Below are positions 17,077-32,000 of a DNA stretch of 64,000 nt, piece by piece. The translations under genes were made by a program, and so were the position numbers. The DNA is from Candidatus Omnitrophota bacterium (lineage in GTDB: Bacteria > Omnitrophota > Gorgyraeia > Gygaellales > Profunditerraquicolaceae), in contig JAKPTF010000035.1 in assembly GCA_029571225.1 (NCBI GenBank), positions 12,575 through 76,574 of the forward strand, read 5' to 3'. The notes below the pieces were generated by a model, which saw only the letters and a program-made list of their open reading frames with translations, did not search any database and had not been told where the DNA came from. Position 1 is the first letter of the stretch. Each line of letters starts with the position of its first letter.

Positions 17077-20000
17077 TTAAATATTTGTCGAGAAACAGCC
17101 GTCTATCCATACAACAAACTCGATCGCTGTTTTTTCAAGGACATTGTTGTTAAACGCTCCCGCAAGAAAGGCTTTGATGCCGCCGTCTTTGTTCTCAGGC
17201 GCATTGTCGTTCTTATTGTCTTTCCCACCCTTATCATATTTCACATAAAATCCTGAAGCAGTTCTCTGAGTCTTCTGCGCATCCGTGCACGCAGCCCGCA
17301 TAGTATCAATAGCCGCGTCTATATTGCCTGCTCCCTGAACCAACGACCGCACGTGATCGGTCTCATACCCGCACCGGCACCAAAGATGCGCAAGCTGTGA
17401 TTTTTGTTCGCAGGTCGCTTTAAGGCCCAGAAGATAACAAATATCCTCTTCGCTGAACACGTAGCTGCCGGTATACTCTGATCGCCGACAGCACAGCTCG
17501 ATCAAAAAACTTGTTGTTTCGGCATCGAGGACAATAAGGCTTGCTTTGCTCATGTTCCTGATCTGAGTCTTATTGAACAACGGTTTATTGCCTCTATAGA
17601 TAAGCGAAAGCAGGAATGCGTTTCGCTCCCGCCGAAGCCAGTACGCGATGCTCTTCAGAGGCCCGGCATTCATTCCTTTGCGAGATTCCATGAATTCGCC
17701 AAGCCTCACATACGGGCTTATATTATCGGGCACCAGGCCTGCTTCCACCAGCGCCGTAACAAGCTTGCCCATGCGCGTATTGCAAAGTTCAGCCAGCCGT
17801 CTGCTGTCCATCCGCAGGTCCTTAAGGAAAAGGAACTCGGGGTCCCCATACTCTCCTGCCGGATTGTTTATCCGGCAACACAAATTGAACCCCTGCTTTC
17901 TCCAGAAACCGGTCAAGCCTGCCAGATTATTCTGCGAAACGAGCACGGACGCAAAATCGCTCCCCATGGCCCTGCATACCGGTTCCATGAATTGTTTATA
18001 CAAAAATGTGCCAATGCCTTTCCCACGCAGGGCCGGGTCGAGCATAAGCTCGATCTGTGCGCGCCGCTGGGTATCTATTTTGGTAAAGTGCATCATTGCC
18101 AGCGGCATCTCCGTTGGTTGCGCGGTTCGGTCTCGCAGGAATACGGAATACGCAAAACCATCCCGTGATGTCACGACTGCCCGGAGCGAAGCGATCCCGG
18201 TCAGCTTTCGCAGCTGTCGTATCGGCAGTTCCGATTCGATGAAGGTCTTGACGGGAATTGCGCCTCCGTCCGAACGGCGCACCGCGTATCCAGCCCCGGA
18301 CCGCCGGATATTGACAGCAGGGTCACGCCGCGGATTGAACACGTAATAATATTCGCTCCTGTCCTCGCAGGGCAGGGACAATTCCCGGCTACGATAATCG
18401 TCGCTGTCAAGCGCCTCCTTTGCGTCTGCGGTAAAGCAGGCCCCTCCTGCAGTGAATACGTACGTACGGCTATCCATTCTGACTTTCTTCGACTCGCTCA
18501 AGGCGCTTTTTCTTACCAGATACTTGAGATAAATCCGCCTCTCCAGAAGCTGTTCGTACAGACACTGTTCCCCGTGCAGAGTCGCATCGGGATAACTTCT
18601 GCAAAAAGCCAATGCCTCCGCATAGATACGGCAGCTGGTGCTCAGGGTAAAACCTGCCTCAGGCGAATAATCGAACAGTATCTGTAATGCGCTGCACGGC
18701 CACCTGAAGAGGTATCGGTCAAGCGGGATCTCGTCGCAGGCCCTGCGCCCTGACGGACAGAACGCAAGGGCAATGTCTTTCCTGCCATGCGCATGTGTAG
18801 CTCCGAATTTGCGCTGCAACAATGTATTGATTTCAGGGAATCCGCGCTCTGACCGGGCAAAGCAGCACGCCCCGTCTGCGCATCTGATCCTGCCTGCCGT
18901 TTCCCGGGAAAAACGAAGTTCTATACCGTGATTTCCGCCGTCTCTGCCTCTTTTCCCCCCACCAGGATCGTCCGGAAGAACCTCAGATTCGGCCTTTGAA
19001 CGGGTATAATGCACCACGACGGCTGCACAGAATGCCGCTGTCAATATCGCGCTCAAAATGAAAACCGTATTGGACGGCAGCGCAATCAATCCCATGTCCT
19101 CAATGCCCGAAAGGAACAAATAAACCAGGAGGCCGGCGGTAATCAGTTTGCTTACCCATCTCAGGCATGTTGAGATCATCGGATTGTGCTGCAGCGTAAG
19201 CTGGCAAAGGGATTTTGATACGCATACGTCCAGCACAATGACCAGTAAGACCACATTGATTATGAAAGCCGCAAAGGTAATCCCCGTGCCGAACCGGCTG
19301 AGCAGCAGCGGCGTTATTCCGAGCAATCCGGGGCCCGCGATCAAAGGAAAAGAAACCGGGATTACGCAGAACCATTTATAGGGAACGGCCTCGAAATATC
19401 TGCACACATGGAGGCGGGGCATGAAGAAATCAAGACAGAATATTCCCAGGACGATGACGCAGGCGATCTTCAATATCCCCAATTGGAACAGGGACAGGGA
19501 AAGCCCGAGCGCCATGAAGGCAATCACAAAAACGATTGATATCGGCATCGACAGCAACAACAACCTCCTGATGCTGCCGCGCGTCAAATTAAGATGCTGG
19601 GCAATCGCACGGAAAACGATCGCGGTTCCGATGATATTGATCGCCATGCCGACTACAAATACCGCCATGGCCAACTGGTAAAGCAGGCCCATCATGCCTC
19701 CGTCCTGCTGCGCCTCAAGTCGCCGGAGCATATCGATCGACCGAGCCTGCGCATAAAGGCCTTTGCCTCTGAGTACCTCCCGGTAAAAAACCAGTATTTC
19801 AATCCACGTCCGGCCGGAAAAGTAAAGTTTCTGGTTGCCGAACCTGACCGGATGGCCGTTATCTATCAGGAAAAGCCCTGTTGATTCTTCAACGACCTTA
19901 ATGACTTCTTCCGGCGAGACCGATAGAGAGACCTCCTTGATGAGCCGGCGGTAGAATAACATCCGTTCCTGCTGGGATACGAGCCGCTTCGACCATGGAG

Positions 20001-23000
20001 CGCGCCTCTTGCGCGTCTCGATACGCGCGAGTATGTTATCGTACTGGCGGATCAGTATTCCGAACAGGACCTGATGAAGAAACGCATGGACGCTTTGATC
20101 CGTACAGGCGAGCTCGCTGTAGAGAGCGCCCGGGGAGGACAGTTTTCTTTCGAAACGCAAGCTTGCGCGCTCGAACCTGCGTTGAGCACGCTCGATCGCA
20201 CGGCTGCTGTTCGCCGGATATACGGACACGATATCAAAACCGACGTGGTTATTCTCGAATACGACGAGCGCGCCGATATCCGGGTTGATGGCCACAAAAC
20301 GGCCGTCATTGATGAAGTAATTCGTATCATGGCTCAAGACCACCTCATACGGCATTGCCTCATACATGCGTAGCAGCTCAAGGACCGGTTTATTGCGGTC
20401 GTACAGCGGGCTGCGGCTCGGCCATTCGTATAAATGGCGGGAAAAATGCCAGCACAGATTTTCAACGCCGGACCATGCGATCCTGCGAGCGCCTCCGTCG
20501 AGATGGTTATTGCCGTTCTTGATGAATTCAATATACGTGGGAAGCGCTTCGACCACATCGTTGTCCCCTTTGACGAGGATCGCGTACATGCCGAGGCTGC
20601 GGGCCGGATGGATATCACTGTCAAGATTATCCCCCACCATAATGGCCTGCGAGCTGTCGATATTAAAATCCCGCAACACAATCCTGAACGCTTCCGGGTG
20701 CGGCTTTTCTTTCTGAGACGGGAAATCGTCCTGCGTGATGATACGGGAAAAATATTTCTTGATCTTAAGGTATTCGAGCGTCTTATATGCCATCGCTTCG
20801 CAGTTGTTCGTCAGAAGCACCAGGGGATAATCCTCTGACAGCCTATGAAGCACACCCTGCAGCTCGGGATTCGGCTGAAGGTACCGGGAAAGATCAATAC
20901 TGGCAGTCAAGTATTCATGATAATCGTGGGCGCTCAATCCGAACATGCGGCATATCCTGCTATGGCTCTTTTCGCTGCCGACGCGCTGTTCGATCTCCGC
21001 GGCGGATAAAAACGGCCTTCGGCACCTGATGAACTCGAGCAGCGCCTGGTCATATTTTTGTGCGAGCTCATCGCTGTCGTAGAGCGTGTTATCGAGATCA
21101 AAGATGATAACCGCGACGCTTCCCGAAACCCGCTGCTGGACAGCCGGCAAAAACGTAGAAAAGAAATAGTACACCAGACCCGAGAGCTGCTTGGGCCCCG
21201 GATGCTGCTGCTGGTAGTAGATCTTGCGCAGCCGCGCAAGATATCGTTTTTCAATGGGGATCCCCGCGTTATCGACAACTACGATGAATTCAGCCAGCTC
21301 CAGAGGATGCGCCTTGAAATATTCATAACTGATGCGGCGGCCGCCCCGTTCCCCTTGATGGGCAAGATGCGCCAGCTCGTGACGGAGGATATCTTCCTGG
21401 ACGACCCGGGGCAGGGTCAGAAAATACGGATGGAAGCAGATGGTATTGGTCTCCCGGACGCTGTGGGCGACCTTGGACCAGCGCAAAGACTCTTGCGCCG
21501 AGATAAGGACGTTGAATTCCGGCGGGCCGCGGATGATGCCGCGTGCCGTATGGACCAGATTGGCGAATTCCTGGAAGCTCCAGAAATAATCATACACGAT
21601 GGCTCCCGGCTTGATGGCATATCTGCCTTTGGAGATTGAAAAGGATAGGCTCGTCGGTATCCTTTTTGCGTATTTCTTTTGGCCTTCCTTTCGGGCGTGC
21701 GCCGGTATGACAAGCGGGTAAAAATGACGCCGATGGCCGTTATTATACATTCTAAAAATCTTCCCGATCAGGATCAGAGAATTCACCGCAAGCCAGACTG
21801 AAATACCGATGCTGATGGCCAGGTCGAAGAACGGCATGCCGGTGACGAAGATGGCGATCCCCGCTGCTATTGCGGCGATAGATGCCGCAAGGTCCCCGAG
21901 AACATGGATGTATGCCCCTTCCATGTTGATATCGGTGCCCGAATGGCCGCAGAGGAACCGGTACCCGACCAGATTCACGATCATGCCGAAGAAAGCGATG
22001 ATGAGAACCTCAGCCCCCCCCACCGGTAGCGGCTTGAAAAACCGGACTAATGCGGATATGATGATATACCCCGATGTTATCCCGAGGATCAGCGCGTTAA
22101 TGCCCGCTGCTGCCAGCTGGAGGAAAGAGTTGCCTTCGTATTTCGGTGCAAGCCCGAACCGGTGCGTGGCCCAATGCGCGACCAATGCGCAGCTCAGCCC
22201 TGAAATATCCGTTATCATATGGCCGGCATCGGCGACAAGCGCCAGGGAATGGAACCAGAGGCCGCCGATGACCTCGATAAGCGCATATCCGGCGGTAATC
22301 GCCAGGACGATCATGAGCACACGTGTCCCGGCGTGATGATGTTCGTGGCCGCCATCCCTGAAACCATTACGATGGTTGACGTTGCCGTTGAACGTCTCGA
22401 CCATCTCCGGGTATTCGGCATAGGCAGCATAGCCCTCGCCGATCACCTTTCTTGTCGCCGCGAATATGACCGCGGAAAATACCAGGGTCTGCGTCATGCC
22501 AATAGCAAACATGAAACCGAATACCAGATAAGCGCCGATAGACATCACAAAACTGCGCAGGAAATCGCGGCGCGCCGTGCTGCGGCGGTAGCCCCGCAGG
22601 ATACGCTGGGCATAATTGAGCGGCCCGCCGACCATGCTCACAAGAATGATATCAAGAATTATATTGACCGCCATGTTCCCGCCAAGCATCAATGCAAGCG
22701 GGTCTGAAAGATACATTTTAGCCGCGACAATGGGTATGCATGACAGGCCGCTCGCGAACAAATCATTGGCGAGCTTCTTACGGCGCACATAACCGTACGC
22801 GCTTATAAGCTTTCGCACGCGCGTGGAAATATCAGCGATCCGGGGACATACAAGCTGATCGCCTACATATCCGCACGCTTTCATATCGACAAGGGCATTG
22901 CGCACGATCACAAGGCTGATCCAGACGCAGGAAAGCACAATACTGATCTGCCCGATGCCCTGTCCGAGCGACATGCCGATAACGGTTGCAAGTATCCCCG

Positions 23001-26000
23001 CAATAACCTTGGCATAGGTCAACGACCTGAACCTATTGTCCTCGAACGGCAGCTTGTTCTCCATGATCGCGTCGCTGATGTCCTGGAACCGCCGGCTGCC
23101 CCCGTCTGCGATGCTGTTGTCAAGCACCAGGTCATACTCGTCATCCGGCACAAAAACCAGGCACCGCGATACGGCGCCCCATCCTCTGCACCGGGAATAG
23201 TGGCGGCGGTCCTCTTCCCGGGCAACAATCTTGACCTTGATATCGAACATGCCCCGGTCAAGGCTGCTGAGCGAGTGGATACCCTCGACGACAACCACCC
23301 TGGCCGGACATTTTGTCGCGCATTCAACGATGTCTGCGGTCAAGGAAGCCCAGTTATGGTGCCCGCAGGTATAATCAAACGATTCTATATACGCATCAGC
23401 TGCAAACACCTTCACCCAAAACCTGTTTGCAAACACAAGACCCGTAAAATACGTTTTGCCTACTCCGCTCGACCCGTCGATGAGAACAAACGCCCTGCCT
23501 TTCTTGCGGCACACGCCATCGATCATAGCAGGAAGCAGCGCCTGCCCTTCCTTGAGCGTGGCGCGGAGCGCTCCTCCGTCATTCCGGGGATACCGGGGGG
23601 AAGAGGCGGGATCTTCCGCCACGGTAGATTCATCCGCCTCTTTTGGCCCCCCAATATGATCCCTGGAATCATAACTCACGAAATGTATTGCTTTGCGTAT
23701 TGCTGCGGCGTAGAGCTTCCAGACATTGCCCGAATGGTTCTTATGATACAGGTATGATAACAGCACGATCCACGGCACTGATGCGCATTGCGTGATCATA
23801 TAAGAATACTGCGGGAACACCAGAAATGCGAAGAATACGACCGGAAGCCAGTACGGCAGGTTGGTCATGAATATGAGCCTGGGATATTTCAAATACCGGT
23901 GCACGCCCTGTGCCGTACCGTCATAATACACGTCGCGCAGGCTCTGGCGCAGCGGATGCCTTTCGACCCAGAACCTGCCCAGGAAGTATCCTGCGCCCAG
24001 GCCGAACCAGGTGCCCGGACCTTGATCAAGAAATGCTTTTATGACAGGGATCGGAAGGCCGGATGCCGGGATGCCGAGCGCTCCGGCGGTATATGCCGTC
24101 GCCAGCGGCAGGACTATCCCATACCACCCTATGCCGAACCAGGCAGCGCTGAACGTAAAACCCAGTATCCCTGCCCTGATGACCCTGCCCGTATCGAGAT
24201 GGCAGTGTTCTTCATCTATGCGGATCTCATAACACTGCGCGAAATAATTTGAGATCGCCGCGCTGATGCACCCGACGATCGCACAGCGTACATAATCAGC
24301 CAGAATATAGCTGCTCACATAGGCATCCACGGAAAGGCCTGTCGGAATCGGAAAGATCAGCATGATCGCTGCTGCAAACACGGTGAAAATGACTGACGTA
24401 AGCGCCAGCTGTATGATAAACTGCCTGACCTGGCCGTTTTCAGCGCCGCCGTCTTTGTTCAGATCACCAAACAGATGCCGCGCGACGCCGAACCATTCGC
24501 GCTCATAGGTGAGGCGCGAACGTTCGATGCCCCGGGCAAGCGCCATCGCCTTCTTTTGTTTCACGCCGAGAAATACCAGTTCTTTCCATGCGCCCTCTCG
24601 CACGCTCGCAACGAACAAATCAGCGCCCTTTTCGTCAATAACCCCTTTGCCGATCTTTTCGAACACGCCGGAACCCAATATCTGATGCTGAATAAAATCT
24701 TCGTTCAGGTACGCATACATATACGCGGCCATGGCCGCGCCGGCTTCCCTGCCGATCTTGCGTATCAATTTACGGGCAGCACCATTGCCCCGCACAGCTT
24801 CTTCAGTCAGCGAACGCAGTGTGAATCCCTGTTTCTTGAGTTTCCTGGTCAGGTTTGGCCCGGAAAACAGGTCTTCAAAATCGCCCCGCAGGTCATTCCC
24901 CGACTCGTCCTTCGGGTGATCCCCGCGCGTTTTGGAACCCAGGAAAATGAACCTGCCGCGGTATCCCTCCGGAATATCGGTAAGCGGCACCACGCTGCGC
25001 AAGACCACATTATGGCCGAGTTCCCGTATTTCGCCATGCTCGCCGGCATATACTTTATTGTCACGAGCTGCAGCGGCATTACTGCCCGTTCCGGATATCC
25101 AGACTGTCCCATGTCCCCAGGGGAACAGGGCACCTTTCGGCGTTAGTTCTCCGTCAACAGCCGCATTGCAGTCATTATCGATATACACGGGCATACTGCG
25201 GCCGAATGCCTTTTCCATCCGCTGCCCGAGCGCCTCCCGGAGCGGATAGTGGTCAAACGGCATGTTCTTTGCGGCAAAAGGCGTTCCGACAACCCCCTTT
25301 TCCTGGTCCAGAGGGCCGGCAAAAGCTATCCCCAAACCAGCGATCCTATCAACGGCAATCCGGTTGTCGCGGACCACCCGTTCGATTTCGCTTACCATGG
25401 CATCAACGCACTCCTCAGGGCTCGCCTGCATAAGGCCCTGTCTGAAATAATCGTTCCACAACAATTCGTCCCCGCGGGCAGCGACCTCATACTGTTTGGT
25501 GATCGCGCCGACAGCAAGCTTGCTTCCGCCCACGCTCGCCGCCATCACGAGCGGCCCGGATTCATCGTGCCGGGCTTTTTCGACAATATATCGTACGGGC
25601 TCAAGGGATTCGTTATACTGGATGACGTTACGGGCAATACCAGCGGGATTGCTGAAGCTTATATAGACGTCGAAATCCTGCGCCGTAGGGATACGATTAA
25701 AATCATCGAACGTCCGTTCCAGATAATTCCAGACCCTCCTTTTTGACAGGGACTGTTTGGTTTCCAGAATATAGCTGTCGATCATTTCATCGTCCGTCAG
25801 GAGCAGCCTGAAATCTGTGATCGCAAGCCTGACCGTATAGCCGTCGCCGTTCGAAACAACCCGTGACCTGTTGCCGGGGCGCCCCTCCAGGCGCCTGACG
25901 ACGCGGTCAACTACTGCAGCCACCGCATCGTCGTTTTCCGCGAAATAGACGATGTTCTTGACACGCTCGAGTCGGCGGTCGTCTTCAAGAGAAAATATGC

Positions 26001-29000
26001 GGTCGTCGGCATGGGCGTCAAGGATCATGCTGAAAACCGAAATATGCTTGCCGAAACCGGCAATCTGTTCATACAGGTCCTTGAAATGCGCGTTGAACTT
26101 GAATTCCATGATGCCGTTGACCGTCGTAGCATCGACTTCCTTTGAACCCTTGGCGGAGATGAACACCCTCTCAAAATCATCGATGTCCCCCAGGTTCGCG
26201 AGGAACGCGATGATGTCCTCGAACTCGAAGCTGAACTTATGAATGCCCGAGGTCTCGCCGAGCATGCCTTTCACCCGGCCATAGCATTTTGTATCATGCC
26301 TGCAGCCGACGTCATGGGTCCCCAGACGGCTGAACCTGGCGAGCGTCGAGCGCACAACATTAACGAGCATGCCCTTGTGGGGGAAACGCGAATACATGAC
26401 ATTACGGTTGCCTTCCTGCATCAGGTCGTCGAGTTTGCTGACAAAAACCCCCATGTCCGCCTTGCGCACGAAACGGTTCCAGTCCGGTATGATCTCGATG
26501 CCGCGGAACAGCTCCTGCATCTGGCAGGACAGGCGCGCATCGGCAGCGCCGGCTTTATTGGCGTAAATCAGGCCGAGCAGAAGGCCGGCGATCCTGCCGT
26601 CTTCGATCCTGATCCGCTTATCGGTAAAGGCCGCGCGCATTTTCCTGAACTGATCATCGAGAGCGGACGCAGCGGGACAGAACGAACGTATGTCTTGGCC
26701 ATAGAGCAGCTTGAATATGCGTTCCATGGCGTCCGTGTTTCCCGTGGCAGGAACCGTAAGATCATTAAGCGCCTTATCAGCTGACGCAAGGGCCTCAGAG
26801 GCCGGATACGAGTATCTGACAATATTGGCAAGTATGGCCTGCCGCTCGTGTCCGGGCAGGCGCAGGAAAAAGTTCAGGTCGCCGTTAATTACCTCCTCGT
26901 TGCAGGAATCTTTTATCAAACATCGGTCGCAATGCAGTTTATGGCGGAGGATGAAGGTAAAGGTTGGTATATCGTGCAGGGCTGATGCGGGCAGATCGAT
27001 GACTCCGGTGACGGCGCAGGTCGTGAATATGCCTTTGTCGCTCGGGGAGGAAACAAGCTGGTAATCAGGAGGGCTCCTGATCGAATACACGTATCCCCAT
27101 ACCTTGTATTTCTTGAGCGTGTCAAGGGCGGCATTGAGGATACGCACGATATCGTCCTTGGTAAAACCCTCGCACTGGCAATTCTCAATGATCACCTGTT
27201 TGCCGATGATCCTGCCGTAGATGCCCGGCGCTGTCGCTGACGGCGCAATCGGGGCTTCGCCGCCGTCTTTGCGGCTGTTCATCCTGTCAAGCACCGACAG
27301 GAGCCTCTTTTGCTCCCGGCTTCTGGCGATCTGCAGGTCTTTTTCATGCAACCCTGCCCAGAAGTCATGATGCAGATGCCCCGCATTCTCGATAATGATC
27401 TGATCGATGCGCCCGCCGATTCCGCCGCGGGCCATTACCTCCAGGACGAATTCGAGGCGGAAGGACTTGCGCAGCGGCAGATTGATATTGTCGATCAGGT
27501 ACGGCACGCAGCCGCGCTCGCCGAATGTTTGGATAAATTCTTTGTAGGGCCACCGGCTGTCTTTGGCCATAACCGCCACGCTTGCGAGCACCCGCTGCGC
27601 AAGCAGGCCGGTAAGGATATCGCGGTAACTCCATCCGAACATCTCCGGATTTGCGGCTTTATGGATCGATTCGATGTATTCGATAAACCTGCTGCCGAAA
27701 CCGTCGGTGTCTTTTGCAAGCTCCTCGATGACCCGGGAATTGAATTGCAGGTTGAACACGCCCATCAGGAACTCAAGATAGAGGTCGAATAACGGCATCT
27801 TTTTTTCCGATGTCAGGAATATGATGCAGCCTGCCAGCCGGTCAACGATGATATGGCGGGCGGCATATTTCTGCCGGGCGTCTGATGGCAGGAGGCGGCG
27901 GTCAAGCACCCACACCTGCATTTCTTCCCTTTGAATCTGACCGCTGTTCAAATGCCTCTTCCACCATTTCGGCTTGACCGATTTTCTGTCAGTGAAAACC
28001 GAGGCGAACGCGAGCATCATGCGGAATGGTTCGCGTTTTTTCTCCAGAATACGGTTATAGATACCGGGGTATCTCTCGAACAGCGCAGCGACCTCTTTCG
28101 GTTTGTGCTGTTCGATGAGATCGCGCATGGCCGGCTCGGAGATGGCAAAGACTGTGCGCGGGATGCCTGATTTTTCCATCTGGCCGAGAAAGATGTCGCG
28201 CGCCTTGGAAACGCCGGAGGCAGTCGTCGTATCGAGGTCTGCCTTCAGGAAATTCCTTCTGATCTCGGCGAGCATCTGATTCAGTTCTTCCGGGTTATAG
28301 AGGTCCTTGCGGTACCGGTTCAGATGCATGGCGCGGATATTGCCCATCGCGTATCCCAGGTCGATCTCGAGGTCGCTCGTGATCCTTGTCGCGCTCACCA
28401 CCGAACCCGTACTCCTGAATTTCTTGCGGTTAAATGGTATAAGAAAGTGGATGTTTTCCGCGACCTTGCGGCGCAGGACCAGCTTCGGAAACAGGTAATC
28501 GATAAAACCGCTGACCACCTGGCTGAAAAGTTTCCTGCTGATCTGGTATGCGCCGGTTTGGCCGAGGATATTGCTGCCGCCGAGCAGGGTACAGCCGATC
28601 GTCGCAATGGTAAAACCGACGTCCTTATACGCTTCCGTGTATTGGGCATCGACGCCGAATCCTTCTTTTTTGCGCGTGTACATGGAATACAGGACTCCGG
28701 CGACGATATTGACAGGCAGCTGGATCAGGACGATGGCGAGTATCTCACCGTATCCGAGGATATTAACGGCAGTCCAGAGCGACGCGATGTTGAGGACGGA
28801 AAAGATGATGAGGCCGTAAAGCCCGTACTGGAGGAATTGCGCGAATTTCTGCCAGTCGATATCGGCCCAGTCCCATTTCTTGACCTTTCCGCCGTACCAG
28901 TGTATCTCATCCGTTATCACCGAGCGCAGGAATACGCTGACATGCCACAATATCCAGGAAATAACGGCCCACTCGTATCCGATAGGGATGCCGATGGTGA

Positions 29001-32000
29001 TGAGGAACACCGCAAGGACACCGACAAGCGACAGGGCGATCCAGCCGATATATTCCCAGCGGATCTTCTTCCTTTCATAAATATTCTTGATGACCGGGTC
29101 CGCAGCGACTTCCTTGCCTTCTCCGCCGTCCTGAACGGCCCCGGCTCCCCATCGGGAATAAATCCTGCGGTACGCATTCTGCGTGGCTTGGTCCCTGCTG
29201 AGCCTGAACTGGTCAACGGTGGCATCGAGGATATATCCGGAATCCTTGCCCGGAGGCGTTATAATGACGAAACTATGGCCGTCGAGTGCATGATACCTGT
29301 TCTCTTTAGCATATACCTGATCGACCCGGTACCCGAGCAGGGAGAATGCCTCGGCAAGCAGATACGACGCTAATCCGCAGCAACGCGGATATGCGGGAAG
29401 CGTTTTGATATACAGGTGCAAAATCCTGACCACGGCATCCGCCTGCGCTTCTACCGTGTCCATTTCATTCACCCGCAGCACCCGCATGCCCTTGAGCATC
29501 TTACTGCGCAGGACGCGCGCCTGCAGATACGGCCGCCTGCTTCCGGGGATAATGGAAATAAATCCGATGTGGTTGGCCAGATAATCAGGCGCAGGCTGCG
29601 AGGAAGCAAGATAGAAGTTATAGACAAGCGACCGCTTATCGAGTTTGTCCATTGGGAACAGAACATAATCGCGTCCCTTCTGCCCGGAAATTGAGCGTAA
29701 ACGCGTATATTCGCGCATGCGCCGTACCCTGACTTTTCTTCCTCCGTCCTGCGTGACGCTTCTTGCATTGCGTCTTTTTTCAATGGCCATAATGGCTTCC
29801 CGAACCGCACGGCGCACCTCAAGGTTCCTGTCGTCGCGGAATCTGGCCAATACTTCGATGTCGTTTTCATCCCCTATTTTACCCAATGCCGCAGCGGCAT
29901 TGGAACGGCTGCGGAAATACACGGACGGTTCGAGATATCGCGCCAGCATATGTTTTGCCCGACAATCACCGGTTTTTGCGCTGATTGTTCCGATTGCTTC
30001 AATGAAATCGGGGGTAACGTTTTCATTGTCGCTTTTGCGCTCCAGGGCAAGCATCAAAAACGGTATGGCGCCGGGATTCGCCATTTGCCCCAGATGACCT
30101 GCTCCTGTCCTGTTCCAGCAGTTATGATAATTGAATATCATGTTGATCTGCTGCCAGATGGGGGCCTTGCCCTCTTTTGTCTCGATCCTGCCTCTGACCT
30201 TTCCGGCTGCCTTAAACGCCTCAAAAACAGACGCATCGATATAAAATAAGCGGATAACGCTCTCTGAACGCGCATGCCGGAATGTTTTCTCGCACGCCGC
30301 GAGCCCATCCTGTTCCATATCGTGCTTTATGCGCCTGAATATCTCAACCGGAACTTCATAAACCGTTCCGCGTACCCGGCTACCCGGTTCCCTGACCGCG
30401 ATCGCCGAACTATATACTTTGCCGTTGTATTCGAATGCATATTTATAGATGCCAATACACCCGATATCGAGCTCGGCGTTCGTTTCGCGGAACATCCTCA
30501 ATATATCAAGGTCAAACCCAAGTTTCCACGGCCCATAGACAAACAGGGAAACATTCTCTTCTCCGCCGTCGCGCCTCGTATGATTATTCGTTGTGCGCAC
30601 GCGCTCCAGCAGGGCTGCCAGCTCGCCGCGCCGGTAGCGTTCTAAAAGTATCGCGCGCTCGCGAGCCACAGATGTATTGCTTATTCTCCTGCCAAGTTTC
30701 ACAGACACTTCCCATGCGGTAATTCTTTGCTCTCCGGCAAGAAGGTTATCGATAGCGGCACGGTCATCCAATGTTATGCCATTTCGTTCCATGGTATCAG
30801 ACAGAACTTCAACGACCCCGTCCCGGATCGTCCTGGGATAGCGGCCCATGTTATTGTCAAACTCTTGAATGTCCGGATATATGGCCTTCATGATCTTCCG
30901 GTCCACGCTTTCTATCTGGAATCCCTCTTTATTGACAAACCTGATCGTGATTGCTCCGAGGAATGCAAGAACGCGCAGATCCAGATTCGGGTTTAATGCA
31001 CCCGTAATGCCTTTTGATAAAAGAGCCACAGCCATGGCCCATTTCGTCAACGGACCTGACCCGTAATCATGCGTATAGATGAGGTACAGCCTGCGGCGCT
31101 GCAGGGGGATCGGGTTCAGAAGTATTCGTTCGACGCGCTGAACCGTATTGCGGCTCACGTTCTGGCTTTTTTCCAATGACTTAATCCGGGCAATGCGCGT
31201 ATCTTTGGAGAACAGCGTTTTCATGGTACGCATGAACATTATCACATGCCTAACAGACGTGACCTCCGAAAGGCCGGCCTTTCCTTTGAGATGCTCGAGC
31301 AAAGAATCCAGTTTGACTGCATCGGGATCTTTTCCTCCGTCACGGAAAGGCTCACAAAACATCCTGGTCCGCTGAATGGCGCGTTCCTGTTCTTCCGCGA
31401 TCCGGTAAAACTCTTTATCGGTAAAATAAACGCTGCCACCGTATTCCACTTCCAGAGCATCCACAATAAGCTGGAACAAAAACATCTCAAACTGAACCTT
31501 GTCCAGCGGAAAGCTGATGCCGGAATCGATATAATGGGACAAAGGCGATTCGACCCTCTCGCCGTAATAATACTGCGGCAAAGCTGCCAGGATGTCCTGC
31601 TCCCTGCTCAAGATCCCCCGCTGATGCATGATCCTGATAATGAACAATTGCAAAACCATTGCGAGATCGTGGAACTCGGCGTCCGGGCTATTATCGGGCA
31701 TCGTGATTGTGATCTGCGAAAGTCTGCCCTGTGGATCATAGCCGACATCTAAGGTGCCGTAATCGTCCGTCCTGTTTTCACCAAGGGGATATATTACGGT
31801 CTCGATATTCACCTCCAGGTTTGTTGCCAGGCAGCGGATGAACGCCCTGAAACCGGGGAGCATCATCTTTTTTGCCTGCCGCGAGCACGCGGACGCGTGC
31901 ATCATGCGCATTGCGCTTTGTACCCTGAAGAAATATTCCTTCAGCCTTCGCGCCAGGGAAATATGGCTGTAATAGAACCGTGTTTGCGCATACACCGCTG

